Origin: a virus | Lineage: Duplodnaviria > Caudoviricetes | Direction: 5' to 3' (one strand) | DNA: 58,269 nt | IMG/VR virus record: IMGVR_UViG_3300027782_000098 | Coordinates: 1-58,269 of that record | In this document: piece by piece, positions 10,795-20,992 of the stretch | Layout: each line of letters begins with the position of its first letter | How positions within the stretch are numbered: the first letter of the stretch is position 1 | The notes under the pieces: model-generated | The model's database searches: none | Told to the model about the DNA's origin: nothing | Seen by the model: only the letters and a program-made list of their open reading frames with translations | Position numbers and translations under genes: made by a program

Positions 10795-12005
10795 ACCAAT
10801 AATCCATTAGGTGAAATTCTTACTTGTTCACCGTTGTTTTCAAATACTAAATTCTTTTTATTTGTGATACCAACAAATTTAGAACCTACGTTCTCTTCTA
10901 AGAATTTTTTAGCCGCTAATTCTTGTTCAATAGTTTCAGTCATTTTAATAACTGATTCCATAACTTTTTTAACTTCAGATTTTTTCTTTAAAGTTTGTTG
11001 TGTTTGTTTTTCTTTTTGTTCTCTAATTTCTTTTTTAGAAACTTCAAAATATTTTGATATAACTTTGTCTACTTTTGATTCTTTGAAAATACTGTCAAAT
11101 ATTGCTCCGTGACCTGATTCTTCCATTTCATAACCTTCAACTGGTATGTCCATATCAGCTTGGATATCTTCAACTTCAGTATCGTCGGTAAAATCCTCAC
11201 CATCCATATCATCTTCTTGACCAAATTCTTTAGTTTCATCTTCTTCAAATTTATTTAAAATATCTTCTTTATCTTCCTCAGATAAAGTACCTAAATCTAA
11301 TGATGATAAAACCATGTTAATAACATACTTAATATCTTCAGAAGTCATTCCTACTTCACCATCAAGAACTCTAATTTTTTGAGTTAATTTACCTGTAAGT
11401 TTTTGAATTGTTTTAAAAGTAACTTGTTCTTCGTTGTCATTTCCACCTTCTTCTTCAGTGTCAACATCAACATCTACGTCAATATCTTCAACATCGTCAG
11501 TTGGTTCCGCTCCCATGTCTTCTACACCCATGTCACCTACAGGTGATGGTGGTAATTCAGGGCTAGGAACTGCTGGTGGTGATGCAGGTACATCAGCAAT
11601 TGGTGATTCAACAGGTGTCGCAGGTTTTGGTGTTTTTAATGTGAATCTTTTTTGTTCACCATATAAAGAAACTCCTTCATCATTTTCATTGATTCTATTT
11701 AACTCCCCTGCAACAAGATTTAATCTTTTAAACGCCTGAGAATATGAAGAATAGTATTTTCTATTTTTCATAGGTTCAATATATTCAGTTTCTGACTCAG
11801 AAATAGTCTTCTTAATTATGTACCCTTGTCTTTCTCTAACAATTTGATAATTGTTTCCATCAGCAAGAGATACTGAATATTCGGACTTTGCAGTCTCATT
11901 TATAGTTTGAGGAATTGTCTCTTTAAAACGAGCAATTTCCATAATTCTATTTATCTTATCTTGGCCAGTTAATTTTTCACTACCAATTGGTTTTAAATCT
12001 GCCAT
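10791..12005 (-). CDS. Hypothetical acidic protein (probable head component)
   Basis: 404 aa ORF with acidic and Pro-rich linkers. Confidence 0.7.
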   Translation of the reverse strand: MADLKPIGSEKLTGQDKINRIMEIARFKETIPQTINETAKSEYSVSLADGNNYQIVRERQGYIIKKTISESETEYIEPMKNRKYYSSYSQAFKRLNLVAGELNRINENDEGVSLYGEQKRFTLKTPKPATPVESPIADVPASPPAVPSPELPPSPVGDMGVEDMGAEPTDDVEDIDVDVDVDTEEEGGNDNEEQVTFKTIQKLTGKLTQKIRVLDGEVGMTSEDIKYVINMVLSSLDLGTLSEEDKEDILNKFEEDETKEFGQEDDMDGEDFTDDTEVEDIQADMDIPVEGYEMEESGHGAIFDSIFKESKVDKVISKYFEVSKKEIREQKEKQTQQTLKKKSEVKKVMESVIKMTETIEQELAAKKFLEENVGSKFVGITNKKNLVFENNGEQVRISPNGLLV

Positions 12006-12023
12006 ATTTTTAGTTATTTATTT

Positions 12024-13388
12024 TTAGTTATTTAGTCCGTTAAAACCACCTAAGGCGATTCCGTTTAATTGTTGTATTGATACATTACCATTTTCATCTG
12101 TAAACACTGGATGTGGTGCAATTGCCCCATCAGGTGCTGTTCCACCACTAAATCCACCTAATATGTCTATAGTATACGCATATTGTTGGTCCGCAGAAAA
12201 TCCTGAAAAGAATTGTGTTGGACTTGGTGTTGGTGTAACTGCAGGTGTTCCTGTTTGTGTTGGTGTAACTGCAGGTGTTCCTGTTTGTGTTGGTGTTTTA
12301 GTTTGTGTTGGTGTAACTGCAGGTGTTCCTGTTTGTGTTGGTGTATTTGTTGGTGTTTTAGTATTTGTTGGTGTGTTGGTAGGTGTTTTAGTTACCGTAG
12401 CAGTATTTGTTGGTGTTTTAGTTTGCGTTGGTGTTTGCGTTGATGTTTTAGTTGGTGTTTGCGTTGATGTTTGAGTAGGTGTTCCTGTTTGAGTAGGTGT
12501 TCCTGTTTGAGTAGGTGTTCCTGTTTGAGTAGGTGTATTTGTTGGCGTTTTAGTTTGTGTTGTTGTATTTGTCGGTGTGTTGGTAGGAGTCTTAGTTGGT
12601 GTTGTAGTATTTGTTGGAGTAACACTTGAAGTAACTGATGGTGTTGGTGTTGGTAATGGACAAGAACCTATAGAAACATAAGAACCATCCCCTTGAACTA
12701 TAGTAACCTCAATAGAACAAACTACCAAAGTTTGATATGCTTGTATTTGTACTGTATTTAAAAATCCATCACAGTCTTTGTATATAAAAGTAGTGTTACC
12801 ACTACCACCATATAATTGATACGTTTTACACACTCCAGGAGTATTACTTGGTGTTACCGATATTGTTGGAGTATTACTTGGTGTTTGAGTTTGTGTTGCA
12901 GTATTACTTGGTGTTTGAGTTTGTGTTGCAGTATTACTTGGGGTTTGTGTTTTAGTCGGTGTTGTAGTGTTAGTAGGTGTATTTGTTGGTGTTGTAGTGT
13001 TAGTAGGTGTATTTGTTGGTGTTTTTGTTACGGTCGGAGTTGAAGTAACATTTGCAGTACCTGTCTGAGTAGGCGTGTTTGTTGGGGTCTTAGTTGGTGT
13101 TGGGGTCTTAGTTGGTGTTGCAGTATTAGTAGTTGTAACAGTAGGTGTTGGTGTTACAACAGCTTGGCAAGTTACACAATCACCATAATCAACTGACATA
13201 GTTAATACAGTATCAGTACCTGTGTTAGGTTCTGCATTATCAATGATATCGTAACATCCAGGTGTTGTTGCACCAACGAATGTTAAATAATAATTTCCAT
13301 TAACTGCAGGTAATGATGAACTATCAAAATCAATTAATTTTGCTGGTCCGCCACTACAAGCGCCTATAAGATATGTAACTAATGCCAT
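12024..13388 (-). CDS. Thr/Pro-rich mucin-like repeat protein with small Cys-containing domains
   Basis: Long TPT(N/Q/K)T repeat tracts separating three short globular segments; TATTTATA upstream. Confidence 0.8.
   Translation of the reverse strand: MALVTYLIGACSGGPAKLIDFDSSSLPAVNGNYYLTFVGATTPGCYDIIDNAEPNTGTDTVLTMSVDYGDCVTCQAVVTPTPTVTTTNTATPTKTPTPTKTPTNTPTQTGTANVTSTPTVTKTPTNTPTNTTTPTNTPTNTTTPTKTQTPSNTATQTQTPSNTATQTQTPSNTPTISVTPSNTPGVCKTYQLYGGSGNTTFIYKDCDGFLNTVQIQAYQTLVVCSIEVTIVQGDGSYVSIGSCPLPTPTPSVTSSVTPTNTTTPTKTPTNTPTNTTTQTKTPTNTPTQTGTPTQTGTPTQTGTPTQTSTQTPTKTSTQTPTQTKTPTNTATVTKTPTNTPTNTKTPTNTPTQTGTPAVTPTQTKTPTQTGTPAVTPTQTGTPAVTPTPSPTQFFSGFSADQQYAYTIDILGGFSGGTAPDGAIAPHPVFTDENGNVSIQQLNGIALGGFNGLNN
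12217..12600 (-). repeat. Coding tandem repeats (30 nt TPTQTGTPAV and 18 nt TPTQTG units)
   Basis: Repeats such as gttggtgtaactgcaggtgttcctgtttgt and gagtaggtgttcctgttt. Confidence 0.85.
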
Positions 13389-13432
13389 TTATTTTTTTCT
13401 TTATAAATATATGATTAATCCGAATTATTTAA

Positions 13433-14158
13433 TTAATCTTGAATAGTTCTTTCAACCGACAACTGTTTGTCAGTTTCTTTATTTGCAATATCAAATAATT
13501 TTTCAATATGACCTGACCTTCTTAAGAATTTAAAAACAAGATTTTCGTAGGATAATTCACCATCACTTTCCAATCCTGATTTTCGGTAATCTTTAAGTTT
13601 TTCTTTAATTGACTCCAAATCTTTACCTTCTTCTATTGCGGTGTCTATTTTTTCTGTCCAACATTTAATTTTTTTCTCAAGGACTTCTTTGTCAACATTA
13701 TTTTTAAACTCTTCAGGTTTACTAATCCATTCATCATTCATAACTGAGTAAACCCCTGAACTATAATGTGATTCCTCTGTGTCTTGGGCATAAAGTTCAA
13801 CATCATATCCAAATATTCTAATGTCGTGTTTATCGTTAAAAACTTGTTTCTTTAAATTGAACAACTCCTTGTATAATTCGGCTTGATTCTCATATTGTTG
13901 TAAATCAACTAAAACATGTAAATCAAAATCTGAAAATTCAGACCAATTAAAATTTGCTAACGAACCTGTTAGTACCACATCTTCAACAAATACATCTTCA
14001 CCCAAATAATTAATAAACTCATCCGCGATACGCATAAGAGCCTTCCTAACTTTAGGAACCATAGTCGCCTTATCAGGATTTTTAGGATTTTCCCAAATTT
14101 TTGGGTTTAAGGTTTCCTTTACAGAAAAACTATTAAGTATCTTTTGAAAATTATTCAT
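13433..14158 (-). CDS. Pol-beta superfamily nucleotidyltransferase
   Basis: Signature hG[S]x9-10DxDh: LTGSLANFNWSEFSDFDLHV, plus third acidic residue in VELY. Confidence 0.8.
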   Translation of the reverse strand: MNNFQKILNSFSVKETLNPKIWENPKNPDKATMVPKVRKALMRIADEFINYLGEDVFVEDVVLTGSLANFNWSEFSDFDLHVLVDLQQYENQAELYKELFNLKKQVFNDKHDIRIFGYDVELYAQDTEESHYSSGVYSVMNDEWISKPEEFKNNVDKEVLEKKIKCWTEKIDTAIEEGKDLESIKEKLKDYRKSGLESDGELSYENLVFKFLRRSGHIEKLFDIANKETDKQLSVERTIQD

Positions 14159-14179
14159 CTTTAATAAATAGTGATAATA

Positions 14180-14422
14180 TTATAGTTTCTTGTATTTGAA
14201 TTTTTTAGATATTTCAGTTACAAAAAATTTACCTTGTGATTCGGCTTTTCTGAATTGTGTATAGGTTTTATGAGGTACATCTTCATACTCATATTTAAAT
14301 CCATTTTTAAATTCAGCAACTAATTTTTTTGTTTCAGTATCGTATTCTGTTCTTGTGATGTTAGACGATTCAATCTCATTCAAAATCTTCGTCCCAACTA
14401 TCTGTTCTCTCTTTACTGCCAT
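14180..14422 (-). CDS. KTSC domain protein
   Basis: SSNI...YD.....L..EF.NG..YEY.DVP...Y..F..AESQGKFF is the KTSC pattern. Confidence 0.85.
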   Translation of the reverse strand: MAVKREQIVGTKILNEIESSNITRTEYDTETKKLVAEFKNGFKYEYEDVPHKTYTQFRKAESQGKFFVTEISKKFKYKKL

Positions 14423-14714
14423 TTTCTTTAAGTGGTGTTAAGTCGTTTATTTTTTCTAATAATGGTTGTAGGTATGTAACAAACTCATTAAAATCAATAT
14501 CAAAACCATAATCTTTAACTTGATTAAATAAAGCCTTTTGAACACCTTGAAACTTGTGAAACAGGTCCATCATTTTTTTAGTATACGTTGGCGGTTTTAT
14601 TAAATCACTTTCACTAAACCCCAATTCTTGAAAATGTTGTCTCAACTCAAGATAAATCTCAAGTAATTCTTTGGTACCTATTGTATCATTTAAGAATTTT
14701 TCAAATTGCTTCAT
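14376..14714 (-). CDS. Hypothetical protein
   Basis: 112 aa ORF preceded by TATTTATA. Confidence 0.65.
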   Translation of the reverse strand: MKQFEKFLNDTIGTKELLEIYLELRQHFQELGFSESDLIKPPTYTKKMMDLFHKFQGVQKALFNQVKDYGFDIDFNEFVTYLQPLLEKINDLTPLKENGSKERTDSWDEDFE

Positions 14715-14755
14715 GTATATAAATACAAAACCCCCACTAAATGTGAGGGTTTTAT

Positions 14756-15163
14756 TTAAGACTTTAGTTTTTTTAACTGGTCTCGGAGTTCAATTGCCAT
14801 TTCAAAGTTTTGTTCCTTAATCGCTTTCTTCAATTCAAGTTCAACTTTTTCAATCTCTTCTTGATTTGATTCCAAGTTTTTGATTTGGTCTCTCAACTTA
14901 ACTGCTGATTCAAAATCTTCAGTTTCAATAGCTCTTTGAAGTTTAATTTTAAGGTATTCTTCTTTACTCATTTCTTTTGAGTTGGGAGCGTCAAAGTCCG
15001 ATAAATCAAACACCTTAACATAACTTGTAAATTTATACGAACCATCTGGTGATTCATAACTTTTTTCCGTCCAATCCGTTTTACGGAAATCCTCCATCAT
15101 TTTTTCATAACGAGCCATTAACTCGTCAAAGTTTAAATTAAAGTTTCTTCTGTTTCCAAACAT
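14756..15163 (-). CDS. Protein with two UVR (UvrB/UvrC) motifs; candidate ClpC adaptor
   Basis: LQRAIETEDFESAVKLRDQIK and LKKAIKEQNFEMAIELRDQLK; divergent from clpC. Confidence 0.8.
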   Translation of the reverse strand: MFGNRRNFNLNFDELMARYEKMMEDFRKTDWTEKSYESPDGSYKFTSYVKVFDLSDFDAPNSKEMSKEEYLKIKLQRAIETEDFESAVKLRDQIKNLESNQEEIEKVELELKKAIKEQNFEMAIELRDQLKKLKS

Positions 15164-15260
15164 AATTTTTGTTTTTTTAAATTTATTGTTTATCTTTGTG
15201 GTATCAAATTTTGTTCCTTACATAAATATAAGACATTTTTTCGGATAAAACAAGTAGTAT

Positions 15261-15304
15261 ATGACATTATGTCATGTTAATAAATATAATCTGACAATAT
15301 GTCA
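15261..15304. promoter_or_regulatory. Two operator-like palindromes TGACA-N3-TGTCA, 30 bp apart
   Basis: tgacattatgtca (15262-15274) and tgacaatatgtca (15292-15304) in the divergent intergenic region. Confidence 0.6.
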
Positions 15305-15359
15305 AAATATTTGGTAGTGTACGAAATTTGATGGACCTTTGTAAAAACGATAATATAAT

Positions 15360-17375
15360 ATGAACGACTTAATGGACGATGACGACAAAATGATGAGTAA
15401 GAAACAAAAATCATCAACAGATTCAAACACACCTGTGTTAGACAATTTCAGTAGAGACTTAAACAGACTTGCTGAAGAAGGTAAACTTGACCCTGTTATT
15501 GGTCGTGACCGAGAAATCTTAAGGATTGCACAAATCCTTTCTCGTAGAAAGAAAAATAATCCAATTATTATTGGTGAACCTGGTTGTGGTAAAACGGCAC
15601 TTGTTGAAGGTTTAGCAATTAAAATTGTAAATGGGGAATGTCCTCGTAATTTGGTTGATAAACGTATTGTTAATCTTGATTTAACTTCAGTTGTTGCAGG
15701 TACCAAATACCGTGGACAATTTGAGGAAAGAATGAAAGTGATTATTGAAGAACTTCATGCTAACCCAAATATTATCGTATTCATTGATGAAATTCATACT
15801 TTGGTTGGGTCAGGTAATTCTTCAGGTTCTATGGATGGTTCAAACATCTTCAAACCAGCGCTTTCTCGTGGTGAATTACAATGTATTGGAGCTACTACAT
15901 TAGATGAGTTCCGTAAGAATATTGAAAAAGACGGGGCATTGGAACGTAGATTCCAAAAAGTAATTGTTGAACCTTCATCAGTTGAAGAAACAATTCAAAT
16001 CCTTAAGAATGTTCGTGACAAATACGAATCATTCCATAATGTAAACTATAGTGATGAAATAATTGAGACTTGTGTTAAACTTGCAGACCGTTATATCACA
16101 GACCGTGAGTTCCCTGACAAAGCCTTTGATATCTTGGACGAGGTTGGAGCGAGAATGCAAACTGACTTAAAAGTTCCTGAAGTTATTGAAGACCTTAAAA
16201 AGAAGGCTGCAGAAATCAAACAACAAAAGATTGATGTTGTTAAAAAACAAAATTACGAGCAAGCGGCAGAACTTCGTGATAAGGAAAAGAAAATTCTAAC
16301 CAAACTTGACCAAGAGAAACAAAAGTTTGAAGACCAATTATCAAAAGAAAAACAAACTATCTTATTAGAGAATGTTTATGATGTTGTTTCAAACATGACT
16401 AAGATTCCTGTAAGTAAAATGAGTGTTGATGATTCTAAAGCATTGTTAGATTTAGACAAAACTTTGATTGACAAAGTTATTGGTCAAAACGATGCGGTTG
16501 TTAAGATTGCAAAATCAATCAAAAGAAACCGTTTAGGTATTAAAGACCCTAACCGTCCAATTGGTTCATTTGTATTCTTAGGGTCAACTGGTGTTGGTAA
16601 AACATATTTAGCAAAACAATTGGCTAAAGAAATGTTTGGTTCAGAGGATTCACTTATTCGTGTGGATATGTCTGAATACCAAGAAAAACACACTGTATCT
16701 AAATTGGTAGGAGCTCCTCCAGGATATGTAGGTTATGAAGAAGGTGGATTATTGACTGAAAAAGTTAAAAACAAACCATATTCAGTTATTTTATTTGATG
16801 AAGTTGAGAAAGCCCACAAAGATGTTTTCACAATCTTACTTCAAATCTTAGATGATGGACATGTTACTGATAGTTTAGGTCGTAAGATTAACTTCAAGAA
16901 TACCTTGATTATCTTGACATCAAACTTAGGAGTTAAAAAATTACAAGACTTTGGTACAGGTATTGGATTTTCTTCTAACACTTACAGTAATGAAGAGGCT
17001 AAGAAACAAATCTTAATGAAAGAGATGAAAAATTTCTTTTCTCCTGAATTCATTAACCGTATTGATGATACAATTGTATTTAACTCTTTAAGTCCTGAAG
17101 ACATCAAGAAAATTACTGACATTGAGTTGAAAAAGTTGATGTCTCGTCTTTCAGATATGAAATACAAAATTAGTTATGATGAAACATTGGTTGAATACTT
17201 AGCTAAGATTGGATTTGACGAATTGTTTGGAGCTCGTCCATTGAAAAGAGCTATTCAAGATAAGGTTGAGGATTTATTATCTGAAGAAGTTCTAACAGGT
17301 AAGATGATTGAGGGTAAAACCTACCTCATTAAAGTTGTAGATGAGAATGTAGTTGTTCAAAAGAAAGGGCGATAA
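15360..17375 (+). CDS. clpC: ClpC-family AAA+ unfoldase lacking the N-terminal Clp-repeat domain
   Basis: Two NBDs (GEPGCGKT, GSTGVGKT), GTKYRG and GYVG pore loops, UVR middle domain (QNYEQAAELRD), ClpP-docking IGF loop. Confidence 0.93.
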   Translation: MNDLMDDDDKMMSKKQKSSTDSNTPVLDNFSRDLNRLAEEGKLDPVIGRDREILRIAQILSRRKKNNPIIIGEPGCGKTALVEGLAIKIVNGECPRNLVDKRIVNLDLTSVVAGTKYRGQFEERMKVIIEELHANPNIIVFIDEIHTLVGSGNSSGSMDGSNIFKPALSRGELQCIGATTLDEFRKNIEKDGALERRFQKVIVEPSSVEETIQILKNVRDKYESFHNVNYSDEIIETCVKLADRYITDREFPDKAFDILDEVGARMQTDLKVPEVIEDLKKKAAEIKQQKIDVVKKQNYEQAAELRDKEKKILTKLDQEKQKFEDQLSKEKQTILLENVYDVVSNMTKIPVSKMSVDDSKALLDLDKTLIDKVIGQNDAVVKIAKSIKRNRLGIKDPNRPIGSFVFLGSTGVGKTYLAKQLAKEMFGSEDSLIRVDMSEYQEKHTVSKLVGAPPGYVGYEEGGLLTEKVKNKPYSVILFDEVEKAHKDVFTILLQILDDGHVTDSLGRKINFKNTLIILTSNLGVKKLQDFGTGIGFSSNTYSNEEAKKQILMKEMKNFFSPEFINRIDDTIVFNSLSPEDIKKITDIELKKLMSRLSDMKYKISYDETLVEYLAKIGFDELFGARPLKRAIQDKVEDLLSEEVLTGKMIEGKTYLIKVVDENVVVQKKGR

Positions 17376-17377
17376 TT

Positions 17378-17406
17378 AAAAGGGGGATTTATTCCCCCTT
17401 TTTTTT
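17378..17406 (+). terminator. Intrinsic terminator after clpC
   Basis: aaaggggga-ttta-ttcccctt hairpin followed by T tract. Confidence 0.8.
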
Positions 17407-17419
17407 ATATTTATATTTG

Positions 17420-18169
17420 ATGAGAGACTTAATTAAGAAAGTTTTATTAGAGACCGTTAAAGATGGTAAAGTTATCTGCGATAATTGTGGATGGTCTTGG
17501 GATATTGCCGATGGTGGGGATGATTCATATGTATGTCATGAATGTGGTCATGATAACACACCAAAATCATCAAATTTTGACAGGTTAGTTAACCATTTTA
17601 AAAACTATTTTCCTGACGAACAAAAAAATAAAGTTTCTGAAATTAAAGATTTTGTCAAAGATTATATCCAAGAAAATAATTTCACTATTAAATTTTTAAA
17701 TGCATGTCCTGGTTATTCTGGTGTTAGAACAAGAGACCAAATCATTATTTGTGCACCTATGAATATGTTAACTATAGGAGATTTTCTATACACCATATTT
17801 CACGAAATAAGACATGAAGAACAAATGACTAAGTTCAAATTAGAAAACCCTTTATCAGGTGATTTAGAAGATTTTGAAACTTTGTATGAAAAATACTGGA
17901 ACTTAGAATTAGATGCGGATAGATTTGCAAAAGAAATGATTGCAAAATTAGTGATTAAACTTAATATACCTATTGAGTTTGCAAAACAACAATTTACGTT
18001 ATCTCAATATATTGAAAATTATCCGTTAATGTCAAAAATGGTTGAAATGTCTTTAAAGAACATTATTACTCAAATTAAACAAATGAAAAAATCGGGTGAG
18101 GAATATACTGATATTGCCGACCACCCGATGGTTAAAAAATATATAGATAAGTTAGAAAGTTTTATTTAA
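17420..18169 (+). CDS. Zn-ribbon plus HExxH (zincin-like) domain protein
   Basis: CDNC...CHEC ribbon; FHEIRH followed by ELDADRFA. Confidence 0.6.
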   Translation: MRDLIKKVLLETVKDGKVICDNCGWSWDIADGGDDSYVCHECGHDNTPKSSNFDRLVNHFKNYFPDEQKNKVSEIKDFVKDYIQENNFTIKFLNACPGYSGVRTRDQIIICAPMNMLTIGDFLYTIFHEIRHEEQMTKFKLENPLSGDLEDFETLYEKYWNLELDADRFAKEMIAKLVIKLNIPIEFAKQQFTLSQYIENYPLMSKMVEMSLKNIITQIKQMKKSGEEYTDIADHPMVKKYIDKLESFI

Positions 18170-19008
18170 AAAACACTTCTTGTTCTCCAATCGTATGGAG
18201 CGGATTTTTTAAAGTGTAATTTGTGACCAAGGTTTTCAATCATTTTTCTACCCATTTCAATTCCATTAAAAACATCTTCAACAACAACATATTCATTTTT
18301 TGAATGATATTGGTAATACCCAATTGAGAAATTAATACAAGAGAAATCAAATTTACCTCTTAACGCATAGACATCTGTATAAGGGTGAACCATATATCTC
18401 ATATGTTCGTTATTCATACCTTCAGTCAATACTTTATCGCAAGTTTCAAAAAACTCAGTGTCTCTGTCAAATAATACTTGGCCAAAACATCTTTCAGTAA
18501 TCATCCAGTTTTCAGGTGCGTCAAATTGAATTCCGTAACCAACATTTTTAAAGAAGTCGGGTTTTGCTTTCATAGAACCATGACAACCTGTTTCTTCAGA
18601 TACAAAGAAAGCTGCTTTCAAATAAGGTAATTCCTTTAACAAAGTTAAACATGCGAATACCCCACACTTATCATCACCACCAATACCTGTAGGGTTTCCT
18701 TCGTCATTATATGCCTTATAAGATAATTTTAATTCTTTCTGAGCATTTAATAACATCTCTTCACGAATATTAATTGTATCAATATTGTGTACAGTATCTG
18801 TGTGTGAAATTACACAAGGAAAATAAAAATCTTCAGGTATTAAAGGGGATTCTTGTTTTGTTGCATAAACATTATTATGTTCATCAACATAATGTTCAAT
18901 ATTGTTTTCGGTTAACCATTTAACCAAAAATGCTACCATTCTTTCTTCTTGATATGTGACGGTTGGGACACTTAAAACGTCCTTAAGTAATTCTGTATTT
19001 TTTATCAT
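18166..19008 (-). CDS. M20/M28-clan metallopeptidase-like protein
   Basis: SHTDTVH, GGDDKCG, SEETGC, QFD and C-terminal YHS..E metal-ligand motifs. Confidence 0.8.
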   Translation of the reverse strand: MIKNTELLKDVLSVPTVTYQEERMVAFLVKWLTENNIEHYVDEHNNVYATKQESPLIPEDFYFPCVISHTDTVHNIDTINIREEMLLNAQKELKLSYKAYNDEGNPTGIGGDDKCGVFACLTLLKELPYLKAAFFVSEETGCHGSMKAKPDFFKNVGYGIQFDAPENWMITERCFGQVLFDRDTEFFETCDKVLTEGMNNEHMRYMVHPYTDVYALRGKFDFSCINFSIGYYQYHSKNEYVVVEDVFNGIEMGRKMIENLGHKLHFKKSAPYDWRTRSVF

Positions 19009-19032
19009 AAGACAAATATACGAAATTAATTA

Positions 19033-20844
19033 TTATTCACCAAATTTAAACAACTCTGGTTGATATAATAAATTATAAAAATTGTCTTCACTTAGCTTAA
19101 CATTACGGTAACCTTTAAACTGTTCTTCAAGCCTAACAATAACTTTCATATTTTCTCGGTCAAACCCTTCGACTCTAAACGATACTTTTTTATCTTTAGG
19201 TAATTTATACCATTTTTGTAAGTCAAATTTACTTAAAATTCTATTTCTAAAATCTAAGAAATTTTTAATTGCATCTCCACCTAATTCTTCAGATTCTTCA
19301 ATCTTTTCAAGAATAGATTCTAATTGTTTTTCAGTATAATTGTTAAAACTATCACTATCAAAATTATCGGAATCTTGAAATTCATATGAATTTTCGGACC
19401 ATCCGCCCAAAGCACCATTTCCATTATAATCAACAATTTGTCTAAATAATGAAATTGCGTCGACTTTATGTAGATTTAATTTTGCAGACCACATTAATAG
19501 GTTTGCAACTGTTGTTGCGATTTCATCATAATCTCTATATACTTTAAATCCAATTGATTCAAAAAAATCGTTAAAATCTTTTGTAATGGATTCTCTGGCT
19601 GTTTTAGACATTTCATGTTCTTTTTCCGCATGATAGTCGCTAAGAATACTATCAATTTCTCTTTCAAACAAACTTAACAATGTCTTAGACAATTCAATTC
19701 TATATTCGTCATTATTTAAGTCAAATTTTTTCTGAGGTAGAATTAATTCTGCAATTTGTTTTAAAAGTTCAATATTAGTTTCATTAAGTTCACCATAGAT
19801 AGTATAACCTTCTTTAAAATCCTCCTCTACCTGGTATGAATCCATAAATTCATAATTGGTATAATGAGACGTTACCATTGGTAAAAACCATTGGTCATCT
19901 TCATTTAATTCTAATATTTTAAATAAATTTTCATCATTTTTAAAATCAATGATAACAATACTTTGACCTAATGGGTCTTTAACTTTGACATCAAGAATTG
20001 AATCATCCAATTTTTCTAATTCACTTGAATCTATTCTACCTCTTGAAAATTCTCTTAATCCTTTGACAAAATCTCCTGTACCAATCAAATCATCAATTAA
20101 ATCTACTTGATTAGGAAATTCTGTTCTAATCAAATCTATTGTAGCTCTATGGTCTTGAGCATCAAAAACTTCAACTTCTCTAGTATCGTCATTTTTAAAT
20201 AACGCTAGTTTAAGACCTGTTTTTTTATTTAAAAAATAATATAATTTACCTTCTCTAAAATATTTGTCAAAATAACCTGAATGTCCTTTAGTAGTTGTAC
20301 ACCATTTAGTATTGGCACCATAATAACAAGATGCGGAATGGGATTTTGGTCTAATTACCAAAACATCATCATCTTCATATATTTTATCTGCTTGAGATTT
20401 TGCCTCCCTTTCAATATCCCTGTCAGTTTTTTTACCATTAACGACATCCATTAATGCTCTAATAAATTGCGGATTTTCATATTGGGTAATATCTTTTGGG
20501 GAACGAACAATGCCTTCAATATTTGGTACCATTCCATGTTGGTCTCTGAAAATTGTTTCTGATTTCCATATGTCATCCTCAGTTATTCTATTAACATTAG
20601 AATGAAACCATGGTATAATAACACTAAATAAATCTTGTAGAGCTTGTCCTTGTTGTACATTTAGACCTCCGTTTGAACCTGCAAGCTCAGGTATAATTTT
20701 TTCAAGTTTTTTAGCGATGTATTCAACATATTTGTATCCTGTTGGGTCTACATTCAATATCCTATCAATAAAAGGACCATCGTACTCAAACCTTTGTTTG
20801 AGACGCTTTGCAACATCTTCTTTTTTACCTTCAATTATAACCAC
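19033..20844 (-). CDS. Hypothetical protein, paralog of 22207-23715
   Basis: Shared motif RP...ASC.YGA.T.WCTT; GTG start after TATTTAT. Confidence 0.7.
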   Translation of the reverse strand: MVIIEGKKEDVAKRLKQRFEYDGPFIDRILNVDPTGYKYVEYIAKKLEKIIPELAGSNGGLNVQQGQALQDLFSVIIPWFHSNVNRITEDDIWKSETIFRDQHGMVPNIEGIVRSPKDITQYENPQFIRALMDVVNGKKTDRDIEREAKSQADKIYEDDDVLVIRPKSHSASCYYGANTKWCTTTKGHSGYFDKYFREGKLYYFLNKKTGLKLALFKNDDTREVEVFDAQDHRATIDLIRTEFPNQVDLIDDLIGTGDFVKGLREFSRGRIDSSELEKLDDSILDVKVKDPLGQSIVIIDFKNDENLFKILELNEDDQWFLPMVTSHYTNYEFMDSYQVEEDFKEGYTIYGELNETNIELLKQIAELILPQKKFDLNNDEYRIELSKTLLSLFEREIDSILSDYHAEKEHEMSKTARESITKDFNDFFESIGFKVYRDYDEIATTVANLLMWSAKLNLHKVDAISLFRQIVDYNGNGALGGWSENSYEFQDSDNFDSDSFNNYTEKQLESILEKIEESEELGGDAIKNFLDFRNRILSKFDLQKWYKLPKDKKVSFRVEGFDRENMKVIVRLEEQFKGYRNVKLSEDNFYNLLYQPELFKFGE

Positions 20845-20897
20845 AGGATATTTTTACAATAAATACCAGTTTTGTTTGGAATTTCCATATTTATACT

Positions 20898-20905
20898 TAC
20901 CTTTG
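20898..20905 (+). promoter_or_regulatory. Bacteroidota-type -7 promoter element driving ncRNA + tmRNA
   Basis: TACCTTTG, with TTTG about 19-24 nt upstream. Confidence 0.75.
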
Positions 20906-20911
20906 TATAAC

Positions 20912-20992
20912 AAATCACGGGTGGCTCCCTTAATAGTTAAGGCTGACCTTAAGCATCTGACGTTATGTCTATACAGGGGGCGAAAGTGATTT
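20912..20992 (+). ncRNA. Candidate structured ncRNA upstream of tmRNA
   Basis: Nested pairings aaatcac/gtgattt and gctccct/agggggc, plus hairpin ttaagg-ctga-ccttaa; starts just after the promoter. Confidence 0.55.

Noticed and set aside
12163-13043. Val/Gly- and Cys/Trp-rich plus-strand ORFs
   Set aside because: Antisense frames of the Thr-Pro repeat gene.
13433-14158. CCA-adding enzyme for the mostly CCA-less tRNAs
   Set aside because: Only a generic Pol-beta motif is visible; class II CCA motifs (RRD, DxxR) are absent, so the function cannot be assigned.
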